DNA of 39,466 bases from Candidatus Micrarchaeia archaeon (GTDB lineage Archaea > Micrarchaeota > Micrarchaeia > Micrarchaeales > Micrarchaeaceae): the NCBI GenBank assembly GCA_049964795.1, contig JBMFWY010000008.1, forward strand, positions 1 through 39,466. The letters are read 5' to 3'. The notes under the pieces are model-generated. The model had not been told where the DNA came from, did not search any database, and saw nothing but the letters and a program-made list of their open reading frames with translations. The position numbers and the translations under genes are program-made. Below are positions 36,838-39,466 of this stretch, piece by piece (the stretch's first letter is position 1; each line of letters opens with the position of its first letter).

Positions 36838-39465
36838 TCATGGCGCTGCGTAGTTGACTCCGCATGCCCCATCGTATACGCTTGAACTGCTGCAGGGTAC
36901 CCCTGCGCTTATGCCATACAAATAGCCAGGGGAGGCAGAGGATATCAAGTTGGGAGTTACATTCAAAAGCCCATTGATGCCTCCACTGAGAGGATAATAT
37001 GCCGCAGGCATTACATTGGGAACGCTGCCATTCAAGTACAGATCTTCGATTTGCTGTGCTGAAAGAGAAACGTTGTATATAGAAACGTCAGCCATGTAGC
37101 CGTCCCAGCGCTGCGTGCCTGCATCTGAACCTATAGTCATCGGCAGGCCCATAGGCAAAGAAATTGTGTTGCTTGTTGTGACAGGCCCCCCTACCTCCTT
37201 TCCATTAAGGTAAATATACTCATCGCTGCCTGTCCAATTTCCGCACAGGAACGACCAGGAGTTTGTTGGCACAGGGCCAGGAGTGATTACAGGTCCAAAC
37301 CACCCGCTTCCAGTATGCACCCAAAAATCACCTTCTGAATTGCCGTTGTTGTTCAATGAAAGGAAGAAACTGTCGCTTGCTGTGTTGTCATTGCCTACAA
37401 TCTCGCGCCTAGTGCCGGTTATTACAGTTGGATTTATCCAAGCACATACTGTTATCTGTGAGTTAGAAAGGGGTATTGCTGTGCTTATCGTAACATTTGA
37501 ATTCTGACCATTAAAGCTAGCGACGTTTGGCAAAGTAGCGCCAGTTATGCCAAGGGCGGCGTATGAACTTTTTGGATATGGCGGAGAAACAAAAGTAGGT
37601 ATGCCGGAAGAAGTTGGGGCAGAGAAAACTGTTGACGAGACGGTTGCAGTTGGCATGACGCCGTTGGGCGGGTATGTCCTGCCAACTATCCAATATACAT
37701 ACTGATCCATATATCCGCCGCCAGAGCCTGCGCCAAATGAAAAATCAGGATAAGAGAATGCAGTACCTACAGAGTAAGTTGCGTTTTGAGATGATGGTAC
37801 GAAAGATAAACTCCCCAAATAGGATAAGTTATAGGGAGCAGTAGTAGAACGCAAATAACCTCCTTTTGTCTCTATAGAATTTGTTATCATATACCAGTAG
37901 TAGTACCCATTCACATAGCTCGGCCCAGAAGCTGCGTTGGCCACACCATTGCCCTCCACACCAGCCCCAAAAGAGCACGTTGATGATTGTATTGGTTCCG
38001 TTTGTAGATAAGACGCTCCTGCACCGACCTGATTGCCGCCACTGTTGCCACAAAGACTTATAGTTTGTAATGAACTTGTGTTTCCAAATAGACCCATATT
38101 GTCCCCATCGCTAGTAGATCCAGAAGATGTGAACATGTTTTGTTGATAGGACGCTTCTACTATCATAGGAATTTTGGGTATTCTGCCATTATTTGGAGGG
38201 AATAGCTCTGTTCCCTCCCCTGTATTATTTATAAGCTGTATGGCACCTATTGCAGATATAAATTTGGGTATGAAATTACCGTAGGCAACATGTGAACTCC
38301 ACCCATCAAACCCGTTCCCAAATGCTCCATAAATATTGAACACGCTCGCCCCATCATCATATTCTCCGTAGATAGGTGACAATTGAGCTGCTTCCCCTGT
38401 AATATATTTATTGAGCAGGTTTACTTGTTTGGGCGCAAAGCCCATGTAAATGGTTATTGTGCTCGAAGCAGGTATTCCATTTGCAAGCTCCAGCCAGTAT
38501 ACCGTGCTGGTAGAAGTGTTGCTGTTGCCGCTTTCAAGCCATGAAGGAATTACCTGCCCGTTAGGATAAAAGAACTCGACGTTTTGTAGATTGCCAGCTT
38601 CGTAAGCCGCATACGCCTGACTATCAACTGTAACGACTTGCTGGAAGGGAGCAGGCGTAGGAGTTGTCTGCGCATTCTGTATTGTTATAGGAACATAGTA
38701 GTCTACATTTATAACAGAAGAATTTCCTATAGTAACATTAGGAAGATAAAGCTTAGAAGAATTGCATAAAGCGAAGTTGCTGCAGCCGAAACCTTCCACA
38801 GTGCTATAATTGTAAGGATCATATATTGCGCCGTATTGCAGGGGGTTTCCGACATAGCCATTGAGGTTTGTGTAAGCAATATTTGTTCCGACGCCGTTGT
38901 TGCCATTGCCAGAGTAGTCGTTAGCGTTGCCGTTGAGCGGCCACCAACTAACGAGGCCGGCGTTTGGAATTGGTGCGCTGCCTATACCTTCTTGGTAAAG
39001 TTGCATTATTTGACTTGCAGTCAAATTAGTTGAATAAGCTTGGATGTTTGAGATTTCACCGTATAGGTAATCATTAACACCAGTAGGCTTGGCTCCTGAA
39101 ATATATGTTGTCCAGTAATCTGTTGCCCCAGAAGGAGAGTAAGCACCAGTTGCAGAAGCAACATCTATTCCGTTTATGTAAAGTGTTTCTTTTCCAGATC
39201 CTGCCGGGTTATAAGTAATAGCTAAAAAGTACCAGCCAGGCTTCTGCAAAGTATAAGACAATTCATTGTCGCCCCAGATCCAGCCGAAGACAGTTAATCC
39301 ATCAGCGCTTAGGAAAGGCATATTCCAGCATCCTCCCGGAGGGCAGCTAGTAACGCCAAATATTGGGCCGTTTACACTTGGTGAGATATAAGCCCATGCA
39401 GTTGCAGTAAATGGGTTATTCGCCCCGAAATAGCTGCCTAATTCCCCATAGATATAGCTGCTCTG
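36838..39465 (-). CDS. Large surface protein with LamG-like jellyroll domains and a DUF2341-like domain (5' end outside the window)
   Basis: The frame stays open to the right edge. LamG motifs (W..L..TY, LYING, G.ISNIQ.Y...L...QI..LY, WPLNGNAND.SG.GNNG) occur twice; YVPITI.N.Q..PTP.PFQQ and NVEF...G..IPSWLESG are DUF2341-like. Confidence 0.88.
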   Translation of the reverse strand, partial: QSSYIYGELGSYFGANNPFTATAWAYISPSVNGPIFGVTSCPPGGCWNMPFLSADGLTVFGWIWGDNELSYTLQKPGWYFLAITYNPAGSGKETLYINGIDVASATGAYSPSGATDYWTTYISGAKPTGVNDYLYGEISNIQAYSTNLTASQIMQLYQEGIGSAPIPNAGLVSWWPLNGNANDYSGNGNNGVGTNIAYTNLNGYVGNPLQYGAIYDPYNYSTVEGFGCSNFALCNSSKLYLPNVTIGNSSVINVDYYVPITIQNAQTTPTPAPFQQVVTVDSQAYAAYEAGNLQNVEFFYPNGQVIPSWLESGNSNTSTSTVYWLELANGIPASSTITIYMGFAPKQVNLLNKYITGEAAQLSPIYGEYDDGASVFNIYGAFGNGFDGWSSHVAYGNFIPKFISAIGAIQLINNTGEGTELFPPNNGRIPKIPMIVEASYQQNMFTSSGSTSDGDNMGLFGNTSSLQTISLCGNSGGNQVGAGASYLQTEPIQSSTCSFGAGVEGNGVANAASGPSYVNGYYYWYMITNSIETKGGYLRSTTAPYNLSYLGSLSFVPSSQNATYSVGTAFSYPDFSFGAGSGGGYMDQYVYWIVGRTYPPNGVMPTATVSSTVFSAPTSSGIPTFVSPPYPKSSYAALGITGATLPNVASFNGQNSNVTISTAIPLSNSQITVCAWINPTVITGTRREIVGNDNTASDSFFLSLNNNGNSEGDFWVHTGSGWFGPVITPGPVPTNSWSFLCGNWTGSDEYIYLNGKEVGGPVTTSNTISLPMGLPMTIGSDAGTQRWDGYMADVSIYNVSLSAQQIEDLYLNGSVPNVMPAAYYPLSGGINGLLNVTPNLISSASPGYLYGISAGVPCSSSSVYDGACGVNYAAP

Positions 39466-39466
39466 C

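Noticed and set aside
1-39466. CRISPR array, transposase, integrase, reverse transcriptase or rRNA
   Set aside because: No regularly spaced repeats or corresponding motifs seen by manual reading.

Overview
Archaeal chromosomal segment. GatDE, Nre, TYW1, an intron-containing tRNA, GGTG-type ribosome-binding sites and LamG/DUF2341 surface proteins suggest a DPANN lineage such as Micrarchaeota (inference). The first ~10 kb is accessory or decaying: gene relics, MscS, a GH15 hydrolase, GT2/GT4, Toprim and TYW1. The middle holds a tandem Lrp/AsnC regulator, an EamA transporter, Nre, a prolidase, gatD-gatE, ileS, a PLD-family protein, a histone-fold gene, two tRNA-Gly genes, a GT-C-like membrane protein and a three-gene RCK/channel operon. 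The end holds a site-2 protease, a type IV pilus/Tad-like operon and a truncated LamG protein. Most notable: (1) an EamA/DMT transporter whose C-terminus aligns by eye with the GAD (AspRS-like) insertion domain of GatE 4 kb away; (2) a strongly divergent histone lacking the tetramer and salt-bridge residues; (3) an IleRS with both class I signatures altered (GLYH, EMHRH); (4) an RCK channel trio whose two pore subunits lack the K+ filter. All calls come from motif recognition and manual alignment; no database searches were run.
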